A stretch of 64,000 bases of DNA from Hydrolagus colliei (GCA_035084275.1 CM068746.1:31806001-31870000); one strand, 5' to 3'; positions 38,094-52,484 are shown, counted from the first letter of the stretch. The notes: a model not told the origin generated them from the sequence alone. Numbers and translations: made by a program.

Positions 38094-41000
38094 AGAGATA
38101 TAACTCATCGTTTTTACAGTTTAGTTTAGTTCTGTTCTATTTCTGATCAAACAGAATTCATTATTAAGCTATTTAGATTGCACCACATTAAGAGCTAGTA
38201 ACCATGGCTACATATAGTATTTGTTCAGCATGGTATTTCTGATCATTAGATACATTTTAGATAATAATAAATTGAACTACAAGTCCACTTCTTGCTTTAA
38301 AATAGCAGGTAATATTTTAGCAGGCAAGAATAGCAGGTAGTAATAATAACAGGTAATAGAAAAATGCAGTCTGTTTCCAGAAATGCATGATGTTTTTCAA
38401 CTAGACTAACATAAATTACAACCATTGTTCGATCTCAACTAATCTCAGCAAACTAATTGAAGTTTTGTCTTTTTCTTAAAAATCAAACATGACCAAAATT
38501 AATGTCACCACTGCGATGTCCTCGGAACACAATGTTGGCTGCAATCTCAGGTATTTTTCTTCCCATTCCTTTATTGGCATTTGTCTGATAAATGTACAGC
38601 AGATGGAAAAAGCAACCTGATCTGATTCCCCATTAATACCCTGTGATTCAACGCTATTGTGTTGGTCATTTGGTGGCAGAGTTGTCTAGTCTAAAACGTG
38701 AGTATTAATGACATCACTAAGAGAGTGCTTTACAAGTAGTTGCTGAACCTAAGCTGAACTGAATAAATAATGAAATTCTTTCATTTTAAAAAGTGGTAAC
38801 TAATTTTTGATCAGTTGGAAACCAATATGTCTTATTTAATTTAATCATTTATAAGAATATCCAGGCTATGAGAATATTTTTCTTGTCTGAACAATGGCTT
38901 GACTGGTATAAACTATTGGTTTGATTAGCAAAAAGAATAACAATAATAATCCTTGCATTTCGTAGAGCACCTCATCAAATCTTCGGGACATATCAAAGCA
39001 CTCCAAAGAATATACTGTAAAGTGACATTTTGTGGGCAATGCAATCTTCATGACACATATAAGTTAAAAGTATCACAACCATTTCTCAGAATTACAGCAA
39101 TAAATTGAAAATGTGCAGTGAAAATTATTTTCCTTCAAAATAAATACTGACATATCAGTTACATGTGTAGAACCTCGATATGCTTCATAGTGCATTAGGC
39201 AGTATGGTATTGGTAAAAAAACCAGTAAAGAATATTATGCAAATAAGTCACATACTCCATATTGCAGTCAGTTTTATAATGTGGACACAATATATCAAGT
39301 TCAATAGGAGCTATTATTATTATAGAATGTAATACTTTTTAAAAAGTGTGCCTTCTAATAATCCTCTAAGACTATTAGCCTGAAGGGCATTATATCAATT
39401 CAAGTCGTTGTTAATACTGGAGATCTGCTTAATACTGTATTTTAAACAGATAACATAATTAAGGAATAGGTTTTATGATTTGGAAGAACATTTTTGAGAA
39501 AGACTCAAAATTACAGCTACACTTTGTAAACCAACTTCCTGACATTTCAAGAAATAATTTCCATAAGAGCATTTTCAACTACTGTACTCTACTAATATTA
39601 TGTAATCTTCCAGGAATTATTAAATTGCTGACAAATAAAACCACTTGAAAATTAATAAGACATTCTGATATCAGCAGAGCACCTCGCTTCTGGTTGACAT
39701 GAATGGATTCTTTCGAGAGAATGTTTAGACTAAACCCGTAACATTAAATAATAGAACCAATGATTCCACAGCTCCCCCCAGGAGCGCCCCACTTCTGTTT
39801 CTCAACAATTGTGAGAAGAGCAGAATGACCAAACCAGTCACTTAAATCATTCACAGTCCTTTATGGCCAGCTAATCTAGAAGAAGCTACACTTGTGTCAT
39901 TCTATTGAGGACTTTTCCCTGCAACACCTGTCACTGAAGAACGGCAGCAGCAACAACAACAAAATTACATTTGTAAAATATAATTGCGTCCACATTTATA
40001 ACTGTGACACAAGGTATTCATGTTTCCTGCATTCATGCCAATTGTGGAACAGACAAGGCAGACATTTCCTATAGAACCAAAAATGATGCTGGAACCCAGG
40101 GATAATTTATTTGTTTGTTCTAGATAGATGACACCTGATTTAACATTGAGTGGCCTGACAAAGTAATCATATTGAAACATCTGTAATCCATATCTTAACT
40201 TACTAAGCAGATTGTACATTCGAAAGACAGTAAATATGCTGAGAAAGTAAATGCTATGAATTTAAACCAATTTTAATGGTTTAAAATTTTAGAACAATAA
40301 ATTCTAATGTTTTTGTTTCTTATTGCTGAGAAACAGTTGTGGTTTGGGCACAGCAATTAGTCAAAACGTCGACAGTTAACATGCACGATTTGTTTTTAAA
40401 ATAAAATACCAATAGAACCACTCACTTAAATCAAGATATTTTTGATTAGAGAATTTCTACATCTTGCTGGAAAAGAGCCAGCTTTAAATTCCTCATATGT
40501 ACAACAAAACCATTTTTGGCTATATGCGCAATGTTGCAGCTAAAAGCAGAAGCTCATTTAATACCTTTAGAACAGATTTTTGTAGTTTTCAGAAAGAGAA
40601 AGTATAGCGAGATTTTATGATGGTCTGCCCACACTTTCTCTAACTGTGTGATATTGATATTTGTGTATAACACGATCCAAATCACAGAATCAAATGATAC
40701 GGTTCTGGATTATATTATCATACGCTGTATAAGAGAATATACAGTAATAGATATGGTGCAACACATAGGAAGGCTGGTGGTACAAGGCACTAACATTCCA
40801 AGGTTCAAATAGACATGTAAAAGAACATGCGTGGCTTACCAACTATGATTGAAAACCTAATTATTGTATTGAGATTTTAAAAATATATAAATTGATAGGA
40901 TATATGTTCCCAGCTGTGAACCCAACAGGAAGAGTTTCTGATCTTAAGAATTAGGTTAATTAAAAAGGTTGGTAAACTAACCTTTGGAAATGTCCAGTGA

Positions 41001-42664
41001 TAATTTATCTTAGATAAACTAAGCTTCCAAAAGTATACTTTTTAAAATTATATCAATATCAAAATACAATACAGTACATATATATACACATCTGACCAAA
41101 AGGCAATGGCCTTCTGCTGAAAGTAGTTGCACTGCGCTGATTACAGAGATTGGATCATGGTTTCATAGATATCATAGTTTGAAGGGTAGATACCTCGGTC
41201 TAAGACTTAAATAAGTGCATAAAAGCTGCTCATAACAAAGAAAACCAAAATCATGCCAAGTGATAGAGAGGTAACGCAAAGTTCAATCCTACACTGTATA
41301 GCAGGTATCAACTGAAGGTCATCTCATCATTCTGTTTTTCTTCAAGTTTTAAATACTCTGAAATTCCAGTTGTAATAAACTACATGAATAATAAAAATAT
41401 CAATAATCTCAGCCATTTCGGTAAGGATGAATTCACTCTTGATATTGTGTCTCTCTTGTCAAGTAGGAATTTACTGCAATACATTTTAGAGTCACAAGTT
41501 TTATTAACAATAATGATGCCTGCATTTGATATTATGCCTCAGCACGTCATCGAGGCGTCTCAAAGTGCATCACAGGACGTAACGTGAAAGTGGATTGGTG
41601 TATATTCTATAGCAGAGATTCTCTTCTGAACATGCTTTCTACTTCTGTTCTCTCAGAAGGCATTGGTCCAAATGAACTGAGCTGTACCCCAGTACAAACA
41701 TTGATTGTGGAGTGCATGCCGCTGGAGATAGCCAGCTGTAACACCCAAGGAGCTTGTTTTGATAACGGTTTGCACTCTGAAAATTAAGATGAGATAAATC
41801 AATTTGCATTAAAAATGAATCCCTTATAAGGTATTGATGGCTGTCATGAACTTTAAGGAGACCCTTTTAAGATGCTAATCAATAAAGCACACAATTGTCT
41901 CTTTCATAAAATTGATCAACTGGTTGGTGCTCGGCATCGATTAGTGAAGGTCTCACGTAGGATTAGCACCATAAAGATTTTGAAAAGGGAAATAAATATG
42001 AATGATGTTTCTTTCCTCAAGTTGCTTTAATTTTAGTGATTTCATTTGCTTTTAGCAGTGTAAGTGCAGCATAAAAGAGAGGCTGTCCGAAAGACCAATG
42101 GCATAGGAGGGTTGCTGTAAAAGATCATTATGCCAGAAGGGTTGGACCAGGGCCATTCATTTCTGACATTCACTGCACAGTTTTTCCTAGGGGTGGTGGT
42201 GGCAGTGAGGAGTAAGTTTAGAGGTAAGGAAAGGCAAGCATTTTCCCATAACGAACCAGAAAAAATCAGAGTAGCTGCTTTAGACAGAAGACTCCCTCTT
42301 CTGAACCAAGTAAGAAAAACAATGCAGTTTAAATTTTTAAAAAAAGCTTCCTTGACTGACTTCAAATTAAGATAATCCTAAACACATCAGACAGGAGCAA
42401 GATTTTTTGTTTAAAAAGCAGCAGCTATTGCTTTACCTTTAATGATAGACATAAAAACAATCTTGACAATGAAATACACGTCAAGAGGTGGAAATAGGTT
42501 GCTACTCTTACTGAAAACTCCCAATTGCTTTCATGAAAATCGAGATTGCTTTCTTTGGGTAGATCCTTTTACTTATTTGCTTTCAATTGAACCCAGTAGT
42601 CACTAGTTATAGGCTTGTGGGATAGATGAAGAACTGGCCGAGATAATGAACTACATTATATACG

Positions 42665-42768
42665 GTAACTATACAGTCAATTCACTTTCAGTATATTCTG
42701 TGAAGTGCTTTGAGACATCGAGAAGATGTGAAAAGTGCCATATCAAATGCAAAGATTATTAGTATTAC
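42665..42768 (+). mobile_element. SINE 3' tail
   Basis: atacagtcaattcacttt...gtgccatatcaaatgcaaagattatt. Confidence 0.8.
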
Positions 42769-43708
42769 ATAAAAACACCAGCTCTATTGGTTGCAGAATT
42801 GCTTGAGGAAGCAGTTTGCTTAGAATAAGTAAGAGATAGCGGAAAATAATTTAAATGGGAATTACATTTAAAAAAATTAGTCAGGAAAGCTTCATCATGA
42901 AGAAGCTACACAAAAAACAGCTGCATGATTTTTTTCATAAAATAGGGTCGCTCTTTTTAAAGGTATACAGACTTTCCATAGCTGAGAGACTCCTCCGATA
43001 ACATTATTTTCCTTTCAATTATCTTTCACTTTCTGCAGGCGAAGGCTCTATTCTCCAATTAACTTCATCGTGGCTTAGCTATGTTCCAAAAATGAGTGAC
43101 CAGCAATATGGGGTCTTTTCCAGGAATTTAACCAGCTAAAACTGCACATTCTACCATCATGTCAACTGGCAAGCTTACTGCTATATGTCCAGTGAGGAAA
43201 TAGCTACCTGTTAGTGCTTCAGCTTGCACAGTTTGCACGTGTTGAGTGGAATAACCTGAGCCACATTAACTGGTCTGTTCCTTCCAAGTCCCACTAACAA
43301 ACCAGGCTGGCTTGTCCATCACCAACAATACTTTAGAATACCACAGACCTGCCTTGTTCAGGTATTGGACTACTAAGACTGCCACAATATATCTGCTAAA
43401 TTTTGAGTGTGTGAGTTGCCATACATTTCAGCATTTATTTTAAAAATCTCTGTGGCCTTTTTCATATATTGTTTTCTTTTTAACCAGAAATGGTTTTACA
43501 TTAGTTGTCTGGCCAGTTTCCAATCCAGAAATCAGAGTAATTTAAAACCCAAGTAACCGTATGGAGTATTTCCTCCAAATCAACCTGCTATACAGTTGAA
43601 GTCATGCCAGGCTTGGGAAAAGGGGAGAGAATAAAACATTACAAACATAAAATATTGAAAGAAAGGAGGGGAGCAGGCATGTTCCTTGAAACAACTGTGG
43701 TTACTTAC

Positions 43709-43792
43709 GTTCACCTCTGTGATAGCTATATCAACAACGCTACCAACAACAATTAAGGCATCAAATGTATTCCATGCATCACAAAAATAGTG
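43709..43792 (-). CDS. CACNA1C: CACNA1C mutually exclusive IVS3 exon B: [28 protein letters not shown]
   Basis: 84 nt, atgcag| ... |gtaagt, phase 0; paralogue of exon A, 393 nt downstream. Confidence 0.96.
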
Positions 43793-44185
43793 CTGCATGA
43801 GAAAACAGAGGAAGGAAAAGGAAAGGAAAAAGAAAAGACAAGGAGAGGAAGAACAGAAGAAAAAAAGGGAAAGAGAAAATAAGAAAAGAAAAAGTTATAT
43901 GTGCACATTATTTACTCTTATAGACAAGTTCATCTATAAAGAGTTGATCCTCAATCCCCTGGCCACGATAACCTTTTGTTACAGAAAACAATTCACAATT
44001 TTTCTCATATTCATCATTGCCACAATTTGACCTGTATTGGGTATTGAACTCTCCCAAGTTTCACCAGTTGCGCTGTGAGAGCTTGTGCTAGTGAAACCAG
44101 GGAAGTTAAATCTCCGGAAGCAAGAAGCTGGTTAAAAAGCCAAGTTAAAAAGCACAGGGTCTACAAGTGTGCTGCATATACTCAC

Positions 44186-44269
44186 ATTGATCTCACTCAG
44201 AATGACGTCTATAATGCTGCCAATTACGATGAGGAAGTCAAAAACATTCCAGGGATCACTAAAGTAACC
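44186..44269 (-). CDS. CACNA1C: CACNA1C mutually exclusive IVS3 exon A: [28 protein letters not shown]
   Basis: 84 nt, atgtag| ... |gtgagt, phase 0; missed by the ORF track, translated by hand. Confidence 0.96.
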
Positions 44270-47200
44270 CTACATGGGGCAGGTGAGGAGTGGGGTGAAA
44301 GGTAGGTTAGAAGTTGCTCTCAGACACAAGACTTTATATGGCGACATTTTTCACATTCGATGATCTCAATTCAGCACAGCAACACACAATTCAGCACAGC
44401 AACATAGTTGTACATCATTAGCATTAAAGAATACCAAGATAAATGAGATTTCCAATTCCACCAAACTAAATTATTTAAAGGGCAATACATACTAACGCAA
44501 GCGTTCTCCCTTTCTACAGAGATTGTTTCCCTTGGTCTCCAGGGACCACAACAATTGCAATGACAGACAATTTTCTCCCAAGTTTCTGTTAATGCTGCAG
44601 AGAGCCGCTGCTAAGACATGTGAGATAGAAACTTGGATTTGCCTCTCCCTCTCCTCATAGCAAAGCAGCCAGTCTCTGCCCAGCAGTTCCCCACAATCCT
44701 GGGGATGAAATTGAGAACTCACAATATGGTAAGTCAGGTGTAGCACCTTGGGACGTCCTCCGGCGCCTTGGGACGTCCTCCTGACGTGAAAGGTGCTATA
44801 CAAGCATAATTTTGTTGTTGTTGTTTAAGGGGGCATTTTAAGGAGGACAATTTGATAATGTTCAAATACAAGATACTTTTTGAGTCAAATAGTTCAATAA
44901 TACATATGTTTACATTGGTCTTTTTCAAACTATGTTGCAGGCTTTTTACTGTTATTCTTTTGTGTCCTGTCTTCAAAATAAAAGTGGGAAGCATCAAATT
45001 CATCATTACACAGTTAGCAATAAACATCACCATTACGTTTGACACAGTGACGTGCATGTTAGTTAGTAAAATAAAGTATTAAGTAATCAGATATAACTCA
45101 TAAAAATCCACTTCCTGGGCATCATTTTCTGCTCATCATTCCCCCACTACCCAGTGAATGTTAACCTTAATCATAAAGCTGAAGTATATAAATAGTTTAA
45201 GGGCCAGGGCGTGGGTAATGTTGAAACCAGCATTCTCAGGCACAGCATAGACAGAGATGGCAGTATTTATAGAATGTCAATGAGAAGCAAATTTGCTTCA
45301 CTTAAAGAGGCATTGCTGCCAGTGTAGAATTGTTGGACAAATCATCTCCTCAGCTGTTTACATGACATGATATGAAATGATGAAATTTGTGTCATTGCAT
45401 TTTGTGAAGCTACAAGTGGTATTTCGACTCTTAGATTACCTATTTCAAAATAATGGGATATAACAAGGAAATAACTATCTCATTTTACAGCATTTAACAG
45501 ATTTACTTGCATTTCAAAATTTGCAGGTACATTTATTTAGAAATATAAAATTGAAATTGCTAAATGAAAATAACTATCTCAATATTTCCTCTCACTGGTT
45601 TTCATAAATCACAAGTTCGTAGATAGCAACTCAAATTTACATTGAGTAATAAAACACCCACAGGTTCAAAATTGTTTATTACTGTGTTTTATCTGCATGA
45701 CTAAGGCACAAGTATGGATCCTCCAGAGATTGAAAAGTCACTGCCAGTCACAGATCTTTTAAATAATAAATGGGTTTAAGGCAGATGTTTCTAATAGAAA
45801 TTAAGCTAATTTATTTAGCTCCGAACTAGAACTTGGATTGTATTTTTGATGGGAAGAAAAAAAATTGTTTGGATACGAGTGAGAATTAAATTCAGCTCTC
45901 AGAGAAAGATCCATGGCAAGGGAGTGGGAGCAGCGGCACATTAGTGATGATGTTTATGAAGTGTTATGAGGTTATTTTTGATAAGCTAAACTCAAATTTA
46001 AGAATAATTCCTATCTCCTGTATGCAGAACCTGAGCAGGGAAATTGATATCACCCGAGAGTGGGTGTTCCCATCAAGTGCTCTGAGATGCCGTCCGGTGT
46101 GGAGGGTGCTATATAAATCAAAGTTGTTTTTGTTGTTGTTGTAGTGGCATCCTGATCTAGATCATGTTGTATGCTACAAGTGGTGATGAATTTTGTGATA
46201 TCTTGCCGATTAAGTGAGATTGAATTTCCACCCAGCATCATGGACAGTAGTCTCCATGCTTTGTAACACTCCTGATTGTGCAGCTTATATTGGGCATCAG
46301 TTAGATGTGTCATCTACCACAACATCAGTCTTGGCTGGCATTTTGTTTTGCTCTGCTTACTAAAAGATTTAACATTGGAGGGAAAGTTTACATTTTGGGC
46401 TAATCAAAATATTTCAGATGGCAACGTTGCCAAAGAAACACTCTTTGTCTCTTTGCACCCAATGTTAGCACTGACCACATAAAGTTGAAGTATAATATAG
46501 TTGGGTACAGAGTAAAATATTCTCTTTTTTGCTCCCACAATGTGTTTTAATTCCCACACCAAACACCCCTGTCAAGATCAGTATGACATTTCCACTTCCC
46601 ATTCCCACACCAGCCATCCTTTGGATTTCTTTGAGGCAAAATGCCAAGTTAGTCCTGAATTCTGGGACAATCAAACTGCAGACTTATAACCACAGGAAAT
46701 AAGTTGAAGCAATTCCAATCCAGGTTCTTTGTGTGGAGCACAGCCTGTCTGTGGTGGTTTAGTAATACACAAATATATAAATCAGTGGCCGTAAAACACA
46801 TTAGGGGAATGAATACCTACCATTTCTCACCCTAGCCTGAATATAAAAGAAAACTTTGTGTATGCTGTGGCTGAGAAATAATGGCTTTGCAATTTCACAA
46901 AATAAACTTCAAACAATCAATTGGCTTCCAGGTTGAAACAGTTTCACCAACCATTTTGGTTGTTATTAAATCCTTGCTCTGGCAATATTTCAGTTGCTGG
47001 GAAAACTATCTTTCAGTTATGCTTTTGTTCTTTAATTAAGGTTCTGTTTTGCTGAAATAGTTTGAAGGAATGTGGGCTTCTTTGTTAGTATGGGAGATGA
47101 ATTGTGAGTACGGTATCCTTTTTGTTCCAGTGATTCTACATCACTGAGGGCAACAATTTATTTACAATTTGGTTGTGACCTGAAATGCATCATCATGTTG

Positions 47201-49169
47201 AGTGATTAGCAAAAACTGAATTTTTGCCAACCAAATTTTTTTTCACAGCAAAAGTGCCTGTTTAAGCATACAACAAAGCAAAGGGAGCAATGCAAACAGA
47301 AACACAGGTTAGCACCCGCTGCGTACTTGTGTGTGAGGGGGTCCTGGGGAAGAGGGGGAAAGGCTGTTGAAACTTAAGTCATTCTTTATCATTAAATAAA
47401 CAAAGTTTAAATAAGGTTTACATTGGTGAAAGTCTTAAACATCTTTAAACTGTTCACAGTATCCAAAGTGCAAAATCTGCAGAAGCTAAATTTCACTGGG
47501 TGAATCAAAAGAATAACGTGAGCAAAGTCATTCATCAGTTTTGTAATATTCTTGCTATTAACATTATCAAAATATGTCAAACATTGAAAATGAACTGATC
47601 CAAGAAAATGTCCCCAGGGTAAATAACAAAATTCTCTCTCTCTCAACATGTTTCCGTCATTGTTTTACGACTGCTCTCTCAGGAACGATATGAGGCTGGG
47701 GGCAAACTAAGGGGTCAATCCTTCACCAATTATTAAAAAGGGAATTTCCCACCATATAGATATACAGTATATTGAAAGGATCTGTGGTTTTGGTGAATGA
47801 CCTCTGGTGATTGATATCTAAGTGAGATTAAATGCTCTGTCTGTCGCACCTATAAGGTTGTTCACAGAGATCTCTTTTTAGACGCTTGTGACATTTGTCC
47901 ATGATGCGGTCACACTGTAATAATAATACTTGCATTTGATATAATGCCTTATCATGTCTTCTAGAGGTCTCAAAGCGCTTCACATAATATATTGTAAAGT
48001 GAATTGCCTGTTATCTGCATCACACATGCATGAAACAGACACCAATTACAAGCAATGCTTAGTTCTTCTGAAATAATAGTTCTCATTGAAAATAAAGTCT
48101 CAATTCTCCTCAACATAGTGCTGACAATTGAGAGGAGACCACCTAGCATTTCTAGCGTTGAAATTGCATTTATGAAATAAGGCATTGGAGTTAAAAATGT
48201 AGTATTCGCTAAAAAATGACGACAATTGGAGCAATTTCTACAGGTTATTGTGATGGTCACTGCAGTGAATACCGCATTTTCAACCTCACTGCAAAACTAT
48301 GAGTGCTGCATCTCCCCCATTCCTTCGCCTCCCTCAGCCCTAAAGAATGAAACACTGAGTCAGGCTTGCAATCATTTCAAGTTGTCGAGGAGGCGATGCA
48401 TTTGCATAACTTGATTTTTAGACCGTAGAAATGCATGGAAAATATAATTTTTTTCCACCATTACAGATTGGTTCTGGACAACGTCACTGTTTATTCCTTC
48501 ATAGCATCACTCACAATTATTTACGCAATTTTGTTTTGCAATATTACTTCTAAATCTGGAAGCGAAATAACTGACGTAAGTCATACATATTGGCACAGGA
48601 CACATTTTCAATATCTAATATCCCTGAACTACATCAAACATGACGATCATCCTAGTGTCAGGTATTTGAGCACTTTAGAGGAGACGTAAACAAAAAGCCA
48701 CTCTGCTGGCCCCAGGCATGAATTTCTAGCTAGTCTGACATTATAAGCTGCTGGGCTAAGCTGTTGTGGAAATTTATGTGCTTTTACAAACGAGAAGGGT
48801 AGGATGCGCAAAAGGTGTAGGATACGCAAGCCATAAATACTGCGGGGATCTGCAGCCCTGTAAGTGCACACATTTTATTGTAAACATCAGAAATTACCGG
48901 TACTGCTTATTTTGCTCAATGCAAAGCAAGCAAGGACAGACTTTCTAAGCAGGATGCTGGGAACACTTGCTTGCAAGGTCTCCAGAGGGAGGAGACAAAA
49001 AAGAACTTTCATGAAATGTTTCTTCCCAGGCAAAAATAGCCCTCTTCTTTCAAGAGCTTCATTCTGAAATGGTGACTGCAGTTTTAAAAACAGTGCTACA
49101 ATGATTACAGCGGATCTATTTTCAATGCCTATCATCCCACAAATCTGCTACTTGTCACAGTGCCAAGAA

Positions 49170-49580
49170 TGAATTGGACAAGTTCAAGAGGCAGAACAGA
49201 AGAGAGCCACCAGAAGGATCCCCAGTAATAGAACAATTAACAACATTTAGACCAGCAAAGGCTCTTCAAACTTGAAGGGAGACATTTCAGAGGGGGTGCA
49301 ATTTTAAATGGGATTGAGAAAGTACACCCAGAACAATAATTTTAGATGCACTAAACAATAGAAAAAAAGAAGATACGTTTCAGGATTTCTTCAGCCAGAA
49401 GGTAATTGATCATTGGAACAGGTTATCAGGCAGTGTTAAGGTTAAGTAAGACTCTGGGTTCAAATTTATTTTTATAAAAAAAGCATAGCTTGATGCTATT
49501 AAGGGAGGATGGCATGGTGATGTTCTGGAAGGATGAGATCAAATAGATTGAACTGCCTTCTTCCGACCTTCTCATGTGAC
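49170..49580 (+). mobile_element. CR1-type LINE 3' fragment
   Basis: agttcaagaggcagaac, gagacatttc, ttcttcagccagaaggtaattgatcattggaacagg, 3' UTR gccttcttcc. Confidence 0.7.
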
Positions 49581-52069
49581 CATGTGAGGTTTTACAATGT
49601 CTCAAAACAATTTTCACAGATGATTCAAAGTGCTCCAGTTGTAAAACAATGGTTTCTTAAGAGCTAAGTGCCACCCTATCTAAGATCTTGATCCTTCAGT
49701 GCTACTTATGACAATTAACCAGTTTGTATAGTTTATGAGTCTAAAGTTCAATGCATTGGGTGTCTAGCGTGGTTAACCAGACCAACAGGAACAAGTTTTC
49801 TTTAGCAATTCACCCATGCTGAGTTCCCATTGTCAACTGGGTTCAGGGTAGATGCCAAACAGATTCAAGGCAAAAAGTAAATCCACTTGTGTAACCATTA
49901 TATATATTAAAGAAGCTGGTTCAAGATTGGGGTTCACTTGACAGAAAACTCCACATTTTAGCATGAACAGAAGATATATTTATAATCTCAGTCAGAAAAG
50001 TAACAAAAAGCTTGTGTAGAAAATAGTAATATGTGCAACATGCACATTTCTGAGATTGAATAACGGAACTTTGATTGAGAAGAATAGTAGGAGCCTTACT
50101 ATGCATCTTCCACTTAATATCTAATTCAGGAGTCTATGATGCTAATAGGATGCATCCAACGTAAAAGCATTTTCTGACGTTCTCACCATTTGACTCCAAA
50201 CGGTAACATTTAAAATCAAGGAAGGTAAATGAATTACAAAAGGAGGAGCAATGAAATTGACACTGATCATGTTATTGTTAGAGAAGAGGGAGCTCAGATT
50301 TAATATTCGTGGACTGGTGCTGCATAACAATGGGAAATTATTTCACTGCACTGTCTTGACAAAATAACCATTTGAAAGATTTTACTTGTATATGAGAGAC
50401 AAAATAAAAAAAACACAGCAGTGACCAGAAGTAGTTACATTTTAAGCAGGAGTTGCATAACCGTAGAATTAAACAGGCTGTTTAGTGAAGGTAAATTCCA
50501 TAACTCCTTTCATTTATGAAAAACCTTGTGTGGTCCAGGACTTTGACCTTTGTTAAAGAAGTGTTGTTACTGACTATTCACTGGTAAGGTTTCCACTATT
50601 CTGCTGCTGTACAAAATGCTTCTTTTTATACTCACTATAATATCTCACACAATGCGTGAATAAAGAGCAAATTGTATATGCTGAACACCAAAGGTAAAGT
50701 ATTTTCAAAGGGATAATTCAAAACGATTAAATCTTCAGACAAACCCTCTGTGAAGCGGAGAGGTGATGAATAGACAGATTGCTGATGACTGCATTGTCCC
50801 ATTTGCAAATGATTGAACAATAGACGTGGAGCTAAGATATTGGGATATCTAATGAAGCAATAGCTTATTTTATTCTCGACACATGTCCCATTACCATGGT
50901 GGGAGTTAACTTTGGTTGAATAAGGATAGATCTTTGGCAAGACTTTCATAGGAATATAAGTAAGTAACTTGGCACATCAAGCCCACTCTGACATATTAGC
51001 TAATGTAGTTTACAGGAACATAAAGCATGTCACAAGCTGTCCTGTAACGGTCTGCCCACCATCTGAAGGTGGCCGCCCACCAGATAGCTGATGTGTAATC
51101 TCTGAGGCTTGAGCAACAGCTGCTAGAAGGCGTTACCTGGAATCAAAATTTGTGACAAATCCAGCACCTGGAATCCACCTTGATTGGCTTACGAAGGGCA
51201 AGAAAGTTTGACAGATAGTGCCATCAATGCAAGCTATGTGGTTTTGGTTGATCGGACTCCAACAGTATCCCAATGCACACTCTAGAGTCCCCAAGGCTTG
51301 GCTATTGCCAACCTGCGCCTAATACTCTCTGGAATTAGGTAAGCAGGGTGCATCCCACCAGAGAGAGAGAGAGCAATCCATTCTGACAATCTATCTCTGG
51401 AATTTCCACGTGTAGGTGGGATGCATGGAAATCTCAGCTTGGTTTGTATACTCTTAAGCACGATGATGGATTTCTGAATCTGTCAGATTCTGCCACTGTA
51501 AAGCACTCTGAGACATCCCCCGGGAAGGGTGCTATATAAATGCAAGTTGTTGTTGTGTCACAGTCCAGCTGAACACCTGCCCACGCCAATCCCCCAAATA
51601 AAAATGGCAGTTTAGGGAGGAGTTACTTACAGTTGACTACTGGTGGCCAGAATTAGACTTATCGCAGTGAATTTCATTGTTGCTTAGGAACTCACACTTG
51701 CTCAATAGATACAAATGGAAGAAGAAACAAGATGAGAGTTTTAGTGTTCTCTATAGCATCATTAGCACTTGAATGGATTTGAAGTGTAAATAGCAAAGAT
51801 AGTAAAATGCAAATGAGCCAAATCCTGACCGTGGAAACCTCTGGGGTACAATGTCTTGAATCAGGTCATTATAACCTTAGCATCACCAGAGAACAGATCT
51901 GATCTTAAACCAAGCATATTAATTAGACTCCGATGAACAATTAATCGAACGGCCATTTAACAGTGAATTAAATCATAGGATAAATAAGTTCATCATTAAA
52001 GGCTAGCCACTAGAACATTTAGGAAAGAACAGCATGCAGTTTTACAATTAATTTATTTGCAGTACATAC

Positions 52070-52180
52070 TCTGGGCTTGAAAGCGATTAATTTCAGGATC
52101 ATTTCAACTGTGAAAAGGCCAGTGAAGAGCATATTGAGGACATCCATTGCATGACTGAAACTATGGGCCTGACCTTGATG
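52070..52180 (-). CDS. CACNA1C: CACNA1C exon (~30), IVS2: [37 protein letters not shown]
   Basis: 111 nt, tttcag| ... |gtatgt, phase 0. Confidence 0.97.
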
Positions 52181-52484
52181 CTGAAAGAAATAAAAGAGCG
52201 GGGTAAAATTATTCATTGTCTCAAAAGAAACACATATTTAAAATCATTAAAAATATGACTGAGTCATAGAAATAATTAATTTTTAAATGAATTTATTTTG
52301 TGAGTTAAGTGATTCAAGTTCTCTTCACTGCTATAGAATTTTGTACCCGAGATGGCTCCGAGCAAAATACACTTTTCTGAACAAAACTTCCTAGTTTAAA
52401 CAAATGGCCAGAATTGTCCGATTCCTGAATAATCTCATTGAAATTAATTTATATAAAATCTTTGGCCAATGGCAGTGAAATTCA

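Noticed and set aside
43797-44030. Lys/Glu/Arg-rich ORF containing KKKRER
   Set aside because: It is the antisense reading of the exon B pyrimidine tract, on the wrong strand to be a channel insert.
44746-44825. Direct repeat ccttgggacgtcctc x2
   Set aside because: Local duplication at the 5' junction of an L2 tail fragment.
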